From: Macrostomum lignano
Taxonomy: Eukaryota
Direction: 5' to 3'
Length of the DNA stretch: 64,000 nt
Assembly (NCBI GenBank): GCA_002269645.1
Contig: NIVC01000013.1
Coordinates: 992,001-1,056,000 of the forward strand
In this document: positions 29,526 to 42,316 of the stretch, piece after piece
Layout: every line of letters begins with the position of its first letter
How positions within the stretch are numbered: position 1 is the first letter of the stretch
Program-made: the position numbers and the translations under genes
Notes under the pieces: generated by a model
The model's database searches: none
What the model was told of the DNA's origin: nothing
The model's input: only the letters and a program-made list of their open reading frames with translations

Positions 29526-32500
29526 TCAAAATTAATTGTAATCATTAGTTAAATTTTAACTCATCTGCTGTTATGCCTATGACTGTTACTTGTACTTGGT
29601 GTTATTGTTATTTGTTGGTCATTGTTGAATTATTGGCTTATCATTTTAAACTTGTTCATATTACTTGTTTTTGTAAATTTTTCACTGTCTTTGAACTTTT
29701 ATTAACTATTCCAATAACTATTAAGAAAATATATTCACAATCCTTAACTTGTTTAGTATCCTTGTTGTGCCATAGTAGAGAAAAAATCTGCTTTTAAAAG
29801 GAACCAAAAAAAGTTACTGAAAACAACTGACTGAGCCACAAACTAAGACACAATAGAAATGTTTTTACAAATCAGCAGCAAATTGAGCTGCAGACTATAG
29901 ATATGAGACTATGACTTGCAGAGCAGGCTATCCGCAGTCTTGGGGTTAATCTATGCTCAGTACCATAGAGTGCAAAATATAGTCCAAGAGAGTTATTTTT
30001 TATATAGAATAGATTTTATTTTATATTATAAAACCAAAAATGTGCACTTTAAAGCACTGAACTTTTTGTCACATAGTTAATACTGATATTTTTAGTTGTG
30101 TGCACCTTGGCATATCTGGTAAAGTAGTGCAACTTTTTGAACTGTTTCTTGCACACATTACATTCATATGGTTTTTCAAGTATCTATGTATACTTTAGCA
30201 TGATATAAGAGAACCAAATTTAGAATAAACCACTTGTTGCAAACCTTGCACTTGTAGGGTTTTTTTTATCTACATCTTCTGACATGGCAAGAGAGAGCAT
30301 TAGAGTATCTCAAGTTTCTATCACAGATTCCACATTGTTAAGGCCTATTATCAGTATACCCAAAAGGCAAAAATGAGAGCAAAGTGCACTAGACTAAGTA
30401 AACTTTTTGGCACATACATTGCACTCAAACATCTGTGTGACATTTGACATCCCAAAAGGTTTGTGTACTCTTAAATATACAGATAGATGAGCAGACTGAT
30501 AGAACCTCTTGCCACAAAATTTGTATTAAAAAGGTAGCTTGCCAATGTGATTTCTAGCATAAATAGTAAAATGACCAGATGGATTAAAACTATTATTGCA
30601 CACCTGGCAGTTGTAAGGCTTCTGTCTAGTATAAGTATGAATATAAGTTGTTAAATAGGACTGAATGCTCACTTATATTGGTTTCTAGTTGCTACATTGC
30701 AGCCATGGCTACTTAAATAGTTCAGTAAGCTATATTGGTTACCAATTGCAGCATAGCTGGAGAGGTTGCTTAAATAGTTCAATGAGCTCTGTTGGTTACT
30801 AGTTTCCATGGCATAAACACTTGAGAAGATAAGTGATTCTTATTGCATGTAGATATATCTATCTTCTTTTGTATTATTGTAATAAAATTTATCTCAATTG
30901 CATCCTAGTTAGTCAGCTTAGCCAGTGTGCTTGGTTGGTGCTAGTGGTGGGTCACTTGCCTATAAATGATAGTAGCATAGCAGACTAAGTTGAATATTAG
31001 TTGATTTTATGCCTTTTTAACTGTTAGTAGCAAAAACATATTTTATAGGCCAATATGACCATATGTGCTTAAGAAGAACAATTAAATAGAGAATCTGGAC
31101 CTGACTGATATGCCTATTTAACAAAAGAGATTGCAGCCTAGAAGTATTACAAGCTGTTTACTACATGGTCTCTATTGGTCTAAAGTGCACAGTAGTTTTT
31201 AAGGATAGTCTAGATAGAATTGACAGAAATTTCAATGTATTCAAGTAAATATGAAAGTATTTCTCTATGTGCCAGTGTCACTAAGGTATAAGTCATGCAG
31301 CTTCATGCTTGTCCAAATGGAAGACTTGGCTTTTAGAGTATCTATATAATCTAACAGATAGGACAAGCTATAGATACTTTCCTCTCTATCTTAGAGCATA
31401 TTAGCAATTGACAATTTGCTCAAGAACAATTATTCAGACTCCAAAAGGTTACATTACATATACATTGGAAAATTCTGGCATACAAATGACCCCTTTCAAA
31501 GTTGGCATACAAATTCATATGCTGTGCATAAACATTGTTATGTTAATTAAACATTTTTATATAAAATAAAGGAAAATTTGTATAGTCTATAAAGTCAATG
31601 ATAAACTTTTTGTTTCTATAAATTAAACAATAAATAAAAATAATAAAAATTATGGCTAAAAATATAAATTTTGCATCATTATTTTTATAGGTATAATTTA
31701 AGTTTGTTTAAAATGAAAATATTCATAATATTTTTAAAAGAATTTTTGTACAAAAGCCTTTTTAAAAAACTCAACCTATCAAAACCAAATGACCTTTTAA
31801 AAGATTTTTTTGGCATACATTAGAGAATTTTTTTTGTTTTTGACATACACTGGTATACATTTAGCTAAGCTGGATTCTTGTTCCAATATATACTATTACA
31901 TAATCTGGACCCTAGCAATTATTAGATAAGTTTAATTACCACAGGGTCAAAAGTTGACTTTGCTTTATAAGACCATTCAAAGATTTTATAAAAAAGCTAT
32001 ATTTAGGCTTTTCTGGCAAGCAATAAGTAAGAAATATAAAAGGCTATTATTATAGCATTTAAAAACCTAACTGACTAGAATAGATGTATATACCAAGGTT
32101 AAGATTGTATACCACTGTAGGCTAGAATGAAAATTGCTTCCATAGCTCATATAAGCCAATGAACTTTTTATTGCATACAAAAATATGCCAAAATAAAAAT
32201 TAAAAATAACAACCAATATTAACAGCTTGAAAAATTTTAATATTCAAAAAATTAATGAGCTATTTAAAACAAAAAAAAATTAGCCTATCTTAAGTCATTT
32301 GCCTATGGGGTATAAAATAACCAAGTTCTCAACTCAAAGAAAGCTCTGAGACTTCAATGTTCTGTAACATGTAAATTACGGTGGTGACAGCGCTACTCTA
32401 CTGAAAGTAATCAGTCAAGCATTTGAGGAACATTAATTTTGATGTCTGAAGACCTGCTCTGAAGGCTTGTGCCTAACAAAAACTGCTCATCTGCAACAAT

Positions 32501-33790
32501 GACTACCCTCCCCCAGAATTGAGGACCCCGGCAGCCAGAGTAAAATAGGAGAAATTTCATTGGGATTTGTCTGCATGTTTTTCTAGATTTATTCGTGCAA
32601 ATGCAATGCTGGTGGAAATTCAAACACAAAACTACCCCATCTCATTGGTGTTAGCTAACCGGCAAATATTCAAAACAACTCAGCCAAATTTTATAGCCAA
32701 ATACTAGAATTTTCCATTCCTCCATTCCCCACCTCACATGGTTTTTTAAATTTAGTTTTTCGATCTTTCATAAAGGGCTGGCTATTCTTTTTAATAAAAA
32801 TCTAGCTATTGTAATAATATGTATAGAGACTATACCAAATGTAGACTTTATCATTTTTGTATGCTGATTGTATAGATTGATTGGGACTCAAAACTTTTGG
32901 TCCTACCTGCATCCTTGGCAATCTTTATATGCCAAGCTGTATATCAAGAGGGCATGCTAGGCCCTTCTATATGCCAAGTTATATGCCAATGGTACACTCT
33001 AGGTCCCTTTGTAAGCTGGAATTTTCTGGCATATATGTATATCATCTAGAGTCTAGTATATCTATTTACAAAATCTAAAAAACCAGTTAGTCTAGGCCTA
33101 TCTAAATAGCATTTAGATATAGGGCCTAATATTAGCCATATTGGGTTTTAGTGCAATTACAATGTTTCATTATTCATTGATTTTTGACATGGTTTTTTAG
33201 AGAAAGGAATAGTGATAGCCATAGTCAGGAGGGTAGCACAGTTTGTGTGCTATTTATGCGCCATGTCTGTGCCCTTATGTTATGTAATTTACAAAATTCT
33301 TTGAATTCATGCAGACTCAATATGCTATGCCAGTTTTATGCTAATAAAGATTCTATTTTAATTCCTTATGCACCAAAGTTGTGCACAGCACTGCATATGT
33401 CAGGGACCTTAGGCCTATGCGCCACAATTATATGCCGCATGCACCAGGGACCTCAGTATGTGCCATGATTGTATGCCAAGGACTCCTTGTAGGCGCCAGA
33501 ATTTTCCATGGCAAAGGCCACCTTCCTGACTATGGCCTGACAATGGAGTGATAGGTTAAACAATGAATTTAAGTGAGCTAGAACTAGGGCTCTAGGCCCC
33601 ATCAATTGATAAAAACTAAAATAGGACCTATGCAATATAGATTAAATATAGTATATTCAATATAGATATAGATTCATTCAATACAGATTTTATACAAAAA
33701 ATAGTTTTTTTATAATAAATGAATTGTACTAAGTAGCATAAGCCTAAGGCCTAGTCATAGGCCTAATAGTTAAATATTCAAAAATAATTT

Positions 33791-35035
33791 GGCAATTTTC
33801 CTTTTCCATTCGTTAAATTATTTTTTCAATGGAAACGTATTGGGAACATTGTGAAACACTAAAAAATGATATAACTTTTCAGCCTGATCATTGTATCTTG
33901 AACAACATGGCTGGACGCCCTGCTGCACCAATGTTTATTGTGCCCCCCTGCTCAAGTGCGACCAGCAATGGAGTTGACAAACGTCAATTTTACCATGCGA
34001 GAGCTAGGGGCCATCACGGCCACACCCTGAGATGTTGTCAACTGGATGGCATCATACCACCTGCTAGCCAATACACGTTCTTGTGTAGCCTGTCCTGGAG
34101 CATAGGCAATGTGGCTACAATGGCGTGCAGGTGACCGCTACATTGATGGGCTTGTATGGGCGTGTTGGGTGTCATGCTCAAGTGTCAATCAGGAAGGGAT
34201 TGTTTTTCGAGGGCAACCACCTGAAACTGACGCAACTGCTGGACCTAATCTGGTAGTAGGCAACCGATGCGAAGCAAGGTGAGTACCAACGCCAGAGCAA
34301 CATTGGCCACAACGCAATTGTTGATTGGCAGAACTTCCTTCATGATATCTGCGCCCAATTCCTCATGGACCATCCCATTGAGCTTGGTGGCCCTGGCTGC
34401 AAAGTGGAGATAGACGAATCATACTTTTTCCACTGCAAGTTCTACCAAGGAGCTCACCGTGACGGTCAGTGGGTGCTTGGCATGATAGAGCATGGGGCCA
34501 GGAAGTGTGTACTCGTGCCAGTTGCGCAATGCAATGCTACCACCCTCCTGCCACTCATCCAATGCCACGTCCTTCCTGGAACTTGCGCCATACCGGACGG
34601 ATGGCAAGCTTATGCCCGGCTTCAGGCTACAGGTGTGAACCACCAAGTCGTGAACCACTAGCTGGTGTTTGTTAATCTTCAGGACCCAACGGTGCACACA
34701 AACTTTATTGAGGGGACGTGGGCGCACTGCAAGGCCAAATTTCATGTCATGCATGGTACTAGTAAAGCTCTGTTTGAGTCCTACCTGGAAGAATTCATGT
34801 GGCACAAAATGCATCCCACCAACACCTTTGGCAACATGCTCTACTAGATTGCCCACTATTATGTCGTGTAAATATCACTGCAGAGACCAAAGTGCTGAGT
34901 GCTGAGTGAATACTAATCAACACTACACTTGTTCTGTTCTGTTCTGTTCAGTTACATCATTTTTGAGTGTTTCACAATGTTCCCAATACGTTTCCATTGA
35001 AAAAATAATTTAACGAATGGAAAAGGAAAATTGCC
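33791..35035 (+). mobile_element. Merlin (ISXO2/IS1595-like) DNA transposon, defective
   Basis: About 90-bp TIRs beginning GGCAATTTTCCTTTTCCATTCGTTAAATT; 8-bp TSD AATAATTT at 33783-33790 and 35036-35043; transposase remnant (34365-34847) with LGGPGCKVEIDES, GQWVLG, LPGT..PDGW.AY, VNH, HTNFIEG.W; internal stops. Confidence 0.93.
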
Positions 35036-35759
35036 AATAATTTTGATAATAGCTATTATCTTGATTACATAGTTTGTTTATCAAGCCCTATCTATAAGAC
35101 TTTCATAGTAGTCAAAGAAAAACAATTAATTGCATAGATATAAATAGGAACCGCAGTAAGATTTTAGTGCGAATTCAAAAATTCAAAATATTACATATGA
35201 GTATGACCAAAACAGTGCTAATTATGAATGCAAAAAAAGTTATATAATATTAAATACAAATAAAAAGTTTATACATTTTAAAAAAGCAATAAAAATACTG
35301 TAAAAGGAGACAAAACAGATCAATTGGACAAATTTGAAAAGAGTTAAATTGAAGACAAGTTTCACAATTTTTGCAAGAATTTCACGACTGACTGTGATCG
35401 TAAAAAATATCATTGTTTCGTAATTTATTTTTTTCTAAGAAACAGTGCATTTTAATTTAACGTTAAATGTGATGTTAAATGCATTCTAGAAATAAAAAAG
35501 ACTATTTTAGGGCCTTTTTTCTTAAGTTTCAGATTCCATCAAAAATAGCGTTTCTTTACTTTGTTTCTGTGATGGCTTGATATTGTGAGTTGTGTTGGCG
35601 GTTTTGGGGTTGGCCTGTGGGGGGGTTGGGGCACGCTTATATATGCCTTTATTTATCGATCGAAATGTACGCGCGTACTTTGTGTGTGACTAATATCAAA
35701 ATATATATATCGACCAATTTTAGCTTTTGAGCCCTCGTGAGATTGTTTCACCCGCCAAA

Positions 35760-36500
35760 AAGTTGAAAGGACCTAGTCAAGAACCCTTTGAAGAGGGCAC
35801 GAAGACCTGGCAGCAATACCAGGAGCGCTTAGAGCAGTTTTTTGCTGCAAATGAAATCAGCACTAAAAGGAGACGAGCCGTGATGCTGAGCACCTATGGC
35901 AGGGACACCTACCAGCTAGCTGATATCAAACCTAGCTGCTGTCACCGACCACTGCCGAAGGACATGACCTACATGTACGACGTCATCTGTGCTAAGCTGA
36001 AGGAGCATTTTGATTCAACCCCGCCAGAGGTGGTGCGGCGATTCAGGTTCTACAGCAGAAGCAGTCAGGCAGGCGAGTCGGTGGCAGAGTTCCTAGCTGA
36101 GCTGCGCAAGCTAGCTCAAGGACTGCAATTTCGGCGTTGGTCTCAGCAGCATGCTGGACCAGCTGGTCCTGGGGATCAGTAATGATTCCATTCAGCGGAG
36201 GCTCTTCACAGAGAAGGAGCTCTCGCTGGACACGGCGCTGTCGCTGGCGCAGGCCCACGAGTCGGCCGCTCAAGGCAACCTGCTGGTGGCTAAAGGCGCC
36301 GGCTCAGCTGACACGGTGCACGCTCTTCACCATTCTGCCTGGCGTGAGGTGGCCAGTTGGTCGCCAGCGAAGCGTTGCTATTTATGTCTGTCCCAGCGCT
36401 ACCTGGCTGCCAAGTGCCCATTCATCAATAGTAGGTGTTACGCATGCTCGAAAACCGGACACAACGCTGTTGCGTGCAAGGCAGCGCCGCCTGCTCAATG
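35760..36500 (+). pseudogene. Gypsy gag remnant (frameshifted)
   Basis: WQQYQERLEQFFAANEI...; MLDQLVLGISNDSIQRRL; CYLC..QRYLAAKC and CYACSKTGHNAVAC knuckles. Confidence 0.85.
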
Positions 36501-36638
36501 GGTCGAGAGATTGGCTGGGCCTCAGCTAGCGAACTTCGAATCGTCACGTCGACTCGACTGTCCAAGAGCTGCAGGCGGAGGAGGCAGAGGAGGCTTTCTC
36601 GCTACACGTAATGGCCGCCGCCGTAAGCGTGCAGTTTT

Positions 36639-38270
36639 ATGCAGCAGAGCATCAGCTACCTCGGGCACCGAAGCGACGCCGAATTGAAGGGCTGCACCCT
36701 CTCCAGGACAAGATGCGGGCGATCCAGGACGCCACCGCCCCGCGACCAGACGCAGCTGCGCAGCTTCCGCGGGCTGGTAAATTATTACGGCAAGTTCATG
36801 CCTAATCTGTCAACTGAAATGGCGCCACTGAACCAGCTGCTGAACAAGGGCGCCCCCTGGCGATGGGACGCTGTGCAGGATGAAGCGTTTCGCAGGTGCA
36901 AGTCGCTACTCAGCCGGGCACCGGTGCTCGCGCATTTCGAGCGTCAGAAGCCGCATCAGCGCCGTCATCAGCCACCGGATCGACGGAGTCGACGGACCGA
37001 TCGCCTTCGCCTCTCGCAAGCTACATGAAGCAGAGATCCGATACTCACAGCTCGAGAAGGAGGCGCTCGCGATCATCTACGGAATTAAGAAATTCAAAAT
37101 GTACCTGTACGACCGAGACTTCAAGCTGGTGATCGAATACAAGCCGCTGCTCGGGCTGCTGCACCAGTCCAAGCCGATACCAGCACTGGCTTCTGGCAGA
37201 ATCCAGCGGTGGGCGCTTCTCCTGGCCGGCTACCAGTACTCCATGGTCCACCGAGCGGGCAAGTCGCTGCTCCGAACCGATGCACTGAGTCAGCTGCCGC
37301 TGACGGAGAAGCCGAAGGAAGCGCCAACTCCAGCTGAAGTCGTCCTACTCATGGACTTCCTGGACGAGGGACCGGTGACTGCTCGGCACATCTGGGCGTG
37401 GACTCGGACAGACCCGAACTTGTCCCGAGTTCTGCGCTTCACCGAGACCGGCTGCTGGCCGGAGCGGCCGCCGCCTGAGCTGCAGCCGTACTGCACGCGC
37501 GAGCCGACCAGCTGAGCACCCAAGACGGCTGTCTGCTCTGGGGCTGCCGAATCGTAGTTTCCGAGGCCAGTCGGGAGGCGCTGCTGCACTGCCTGCACCA
37601 GGGGCACCAGGGCGCCACGAGAATGAAGGCGCTGGCTCGAAGCCTTTTCTGGTGGCCCAAGCTGGACGAGGCGATCGAGTGGCTGGTCGCCGCATGCACC
37701 GAGTGCCAGGAGATGCAGAAGTCGCCAGGTCCGTTTCCACTGCAGCCGTGGGCGTGGCCGGACAAGCCCTGGTCGCGCCTGCATATTGACTACACCGGGT
37801 CTGTCCAGGGCTGGATGTTGCTCGTTGTCGTTGACGCCCACTCCAAGTGGATGGACGTACATGCGATGCTTTCGACGTCGTCGACTGCGACTATTGAGAA
37901 GCTGCGATCGAGCTTCGCAACTCATGGTTTGCCAGACGTGATCGTCTCCGACAACGGTCCGAACCTGGTCAGCGCGGAGATGGAGACATTCCTGAGCAAG
38001 AACGGCGTCTGGAACGTGCGCACTGCTCCGTACCATCCTGCAGCGTCCAACAGCCAAGCAGAGCGAGTAGTTCAGACTCTGAAGCCTGCGCTGGCCAAGC
38101 AGCGAAGCGGCTCTATGGAGGAGCAAGTCTCCCGGTTCCTCCTGATGTACCAAATCACGCCGCGTGCAACTACTGGGAGGGCTCTTTGCGAGTTGCTGAT
38201 GGGGCGGAGGCTGAAATCGTTGCTCGACCGAGTCCGCCCTGACCTGCCCGCCCAGGTGGCCGTACAGTAG
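36639..38270 (+). pseudogene. Gypsy pol remnant: end of RT, RNase H, integrase
   Basis: ISYLGH, LRSFRGLVNYYGKF, PIAFASRKL..YSQLEKEAL, RIQRWAL, HQGH..MKALARS.FWWP, PWSRLHIDY, IVSDNG, AER; protease and RT catalytic core absent. Confidence 0.88.
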
Positions 38271-38951
38271 GCACTGCAGAAGGAGCAGTACGATGCCCAC
38301 GCGCACGACCGCTGCATTAATGTCGGCGACTCGGTGCTGGCGCGAGACTTCGTGAGTGACGGACGCTGAAGACCGGCGACAGTCACGGACAGTTCTGGTG
38401 CGGCCGACTTCACGTGCCGGTTCGATGACGGCAGAGCCGCACGCAGGCACGTGGACCAGGTGCGCAAGCCGGCCGCGGTTAGTCAGCTTCCGACAAAGCC
38501 GGCGGTACCAGCGGCAGCGGTGCCGCAGTGTGATGCGGTGCCGAAGGATGTACCCGAAAATTTTTGCTGACGGCGCTGCTGCTGAGGCTGCGGCGGAGCC
38601 TGACGCCATGCCGCAGCTTTGCTGTTCGATGAGGAAGTTCGCTGCACCTGATCGACTGACTTACAGCTGAAGTAACTGTTGTTGATAAACTCGATTTTAG
38701 TACGAGTACATTTGTTTTGTTGTGTTGCTCGCATCAATATTTATTCATTATTAATTTCATACTTAAGTGCAGAGGGATGTGATGACTTGGTATTTGGAGT
38801 TGTGTTGGCGATTTTGGGGTTGGCCTGCGCTGGGGGGTTGGGGCACGCTCATATTTGCCTATGTCTTTTTCGATCGAAATGTACGCGCGTACTTTGTGCA
38901 TAACTAATATCGAAATATATATATCGACTAATTTTAGCTTTTGAGCCCTCA

Positions 38952-39467
38952 TTTTGGTCTGCAACGAAGGTCTTGGCGACCATCTTCTGGGATGTTGAGG
39001 CAGTGATGATGATTGGACTTCTTGGAAAGCTAGAAGACCATCAATGCCACCTATTAAGAGTCAAAAAGCGACCTGGCAAGCTGCACCATGGGATTCGCTT
39101 TCACCACGACAATGCACCAGCCCACACTTCTCGGCTCTGCCGTGAAGCCCTGCGAGATTTCTGCTGGGAAATCCTCCAGCATCCTTCATATAGCCCTGAT
39201 TTGGCTCATTCGGACTTTTTTTGGTTCCCAAGCTGAAGGAAGCAATCAAAGGAGACCAAAATGAGGACAAAGAGGCTGCCAAAAAGGCTACTGTACAGTG
39301 GCTTGCTGCACAGCCTCCTGAGTTCTACGCGAACGGCCTGGAGAGATGGCGACACCGCATGGAGAAGTGCCTGACCCTGTAGGGGACTATGTAGAAAAGT
39401 AGATTCCCATTTGAAGTTTGACACTCGTGAGAACAAAATTATCATTACTTTTTGACTTCCTCTCGTA
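38952..39467 (+). mobile_element. Mariner transposon 3' fragment
   Basis: ATIFWD, FHHDNAPAH, HPSYSPDLAHSD (D34D catalytic region), EKC...GDYVEK*; ends in TIR-like TTTTTGACTTCCTCTCG followed by TA. Confidence 0.88.
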
Positions 39468-41010
39468 TGTATCTATAGCGGCCGTCGTCACAGAGCAGAA
39501 AACCGCCGCAGCGCAGTATATACACTGTAGTTCACGACCAAGACAAAAAGCAGAGGGCCAGTGTGTTGTCCTTGAGTGCACCAGAGCTCGTACTGATCTA
39601 CTCGGTCTGCTGAGCACAAAAGCACATGAAAATACATACATGCATACGACGCGAGTTACAGATGTTCGTACCTTCTAACTCGGACAGAAATGCAAATCCA
39701 ATTTTGCTTTGACGTTTTGCAGCGAATACGAGTACCAACATCTAGCGAAGATGGCACAAATTCCACTAGCTTACATGTGATTCAATTGTACTTGTATGCG
39801 GATGAATCTAATTAAAGTAGTATCTGAAGCACGTGTTTGTATTTATATTTGAACAACTTTTGCTATATTTTTCTTCAATCAAAGAAGGTAAAGTGCAAGT
39901 CTACAGTTAATTGTTACTCTTACTAATGCAGCAACAAAAAAGGAAGGTGCGTGCGTGTACATGTGGATATATTGAATGTGTCTATATCAGCAGATCAGCT
40001 AGTATACATGTGCGTATCGTTGGCCCAAAGAGTGGTGAGAAATTGTCAGCTGAGCACAGAGATTCAAGTGGGCACCTCCGAGGCGTAACTATAGATCTGC
40101 AGTGTTAAAGATTTAATGAAAATCAAAACTCACTGATAAGAGTACACTGATGAAATCCGAAATGCCTGAATTCCATGCTGGTCTTTTTTATCAGAATCTA
40201 TCTAACTCTACCCTACAAATTACTCACTTAACCTCTCCAACCACAGAAGTTGCAGAGGTCTGCAGACTCCATGGTTACAGTTTACTCAAATTTGACAATC
40301 CATAGAAGTCTTGAAATCCCAAGAATGCCTAGAATTACTCGCATAACAATACTGATGTTTCAAATGATAGCTATATATGAATTCTAGAAAACATGGGTCT
40401 CTACCGCGTCATTCTCCTTATGTCAGCTCGTCAGCAGCTCTTTTAACAGCCCAGTATGGCCCCCTCACCCTGTCTACGTTTCATTCTGGCTCACCCTGCT
40501 TCGATAGAGTAGCAGTTCTGATCTCCAGTAGGAATACAAGTTAAGAATTGCGACCCCACGTAGTTTTACACTTTATTTCTACATGTATTAAACTTTTTTT
40601 ATTACCCGAACGTATTGACGGCAGGTTCAATGTTGAGACAGCCCCTTGAAATCTATCACAATTTTTTATTGCTTATACGCTCGTATCTTAATACCTCGTA
40701 GATGTATTATACTTTAATCTTTATGAGGGTTGAACCCGCTAAATAAAAAAACTGTTATTTCACCAAAAGCAGAAACTTTTCACATGCGTAAGGAGTAGGT
40801 AATAAATTTTTACGGAGGTTTCGGTACAATTTCCCCCATTGAGGGTCAATTAGGTAGTCCAATATACTAAAGTTCAATATTTCGGTTGAGTCGATAAACT
40901 TCCAATACCACATCAGACCGAAGACAAAAGCTTCAAACAATTTTCGAAAGTTCGGTTAGAAATCGATCATTGTGTGCATAAAAATGATAAGTACAACCTC
41001 GATAATATAA

Positions 41011-41690
41011 TACGAGGGTGCTCTGAAAGTTTCCGGATACGTGATAATGAACCAAGTTAGAATGTCAAAAACAGACCGCTGGTGTCCACTGTTGAATTTG
41101 GTGAGCATGACCCGGCACCACTCCACCCTGGCAGTCTTCTGGTCAGCAGTGAGGCAGTGGGGGATCCACCGGGCACACCTCTTTTGCACTCGAAGGTGTT
41201 GGTGCAGGATCTCCCTAAGTGCCCCTGATCCAATCTCCAGGCTTGCCTCGAGCTGGCGGTAGGTAATTCGAGGATCCTCTAAAATAAGCCGCTCTGCCTC
41301 ATTAATGTTTTGCTGGGTAACTGCGGTTGCAGGCCTGCCACAACGGGGCTAATCTTGGAGGTGCTACCGACCGCGCCTGAATGCAGTCCGCGATGGTGCA
41401 GTCTTGAAAACAGCTTTGAAGCCGATTTAGTGATTCTTGGGGTGAAAAACCCATTTTGTAGTCATAATAAATCATGGCTCTAAAATGCTCACGAGAGAGT
41501 TCCATGGCTGCTGTGTGTTCCTGGGTTCCTACGATCGAAAATCCTAATTGCTCAAGCCAGCAAACCCGTCTGGCTAAAATTGGAGGTACAAACTCAGAAC
41601 ATATTTTAATACCAACATATAAACTACGAGCTATCTAAACCCTAAAACAAGCCATCTTGCTGCATCCGAAAACATTCAGAGCAACCCTAC
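41011..41690 (-). mobile_element. Internally deleted mariner element (N-terminal transposase, both TIRs)
   Basis: TA-CGAGGGTGCTCTGAAAGTTTCCGG at 41011 and its degenerate complement CCGAAAACATTCAGAGCAACCCT at about 41666. Minus strand encodes MELSREHFRAMIYYDYKMG and CARWIPHCLT.DQK..RV, typical of mariner HTH and WVPH regions. Confidence 0.85.
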
Positions 41691-42316
41691 TCAGTAAAAT
41701 CGAAAATTCGCCATCACAGAAGGTTCCATCTGATGATCGCCAATTTTGAGAGCGCAGGTAAAGTCTTTCAATCTTTGCAAGTGACGCAACTCAGCTACGC
41801 CGCGGCAGACTTGAGTTGAGGAATGAAGTGGAGGGAGCGGTGTGCGAGGGTTGGACGGATTAAAGCTGCCCCGATCAGTTTTCTCGTATCTTTTATTTCA
41901 TAATAGTCCAAGACGCTCACTGACGCATAGAGTGGCGACTTTTTGCTGAGTATAAATGCATTCTAAAACGAACCTACATGCAAGCCTTCAAATAAATTTC
42001 GATACATTTCAAGCGTTGCATCCTTGAACTGTACTGCAGGTGGTTCTTAACCAGAAGAAATGACTAAGCAAACAAATAACGCCTGGTCTTGATTAAACCG
42101 AATCTAAAGCTGTTAGTTAGAAACCGATAGCTGCACTTTATTTGTCAGCTGGATAGTGTACTTAAAACGAACTAGATGTACGTCAATATGTAATGTCTGA
42201 CTGAAATACAGTATGCTTAAGTTCAAAGTTTATAGCTTTAATAACCTAAAACGAAGCCTCGCTAATTAGTTCGATTTCAATCGAGCGCAGTCCAGTTCCG
42301 CAGACGAACTCTATTT

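Larger units (their letters stand above)
35568..38951 (+). mobile_element. Gypsy LTR retrotransposon (Mag-like), internally deleted
   Basis: About 170-bp LTRs at 35568-35737 and 38778-38951 (TGT start; the right LTR ends in CA); purine tract AAGTGCAGAGGGA before the right LTR; gag with two tandem CCHC knuckles; RT C-terminal end, RNase H and integrase. No PBS; candidate TSD imperfect (TTTC vs TTTT). Confidence 0.93.

Noticed and set aside
37290-38609. 439-aa minus-strand ORF
   Set aside because: Antisense shadow of the GC-rich Gypsy integrase region; no recognisable domain.
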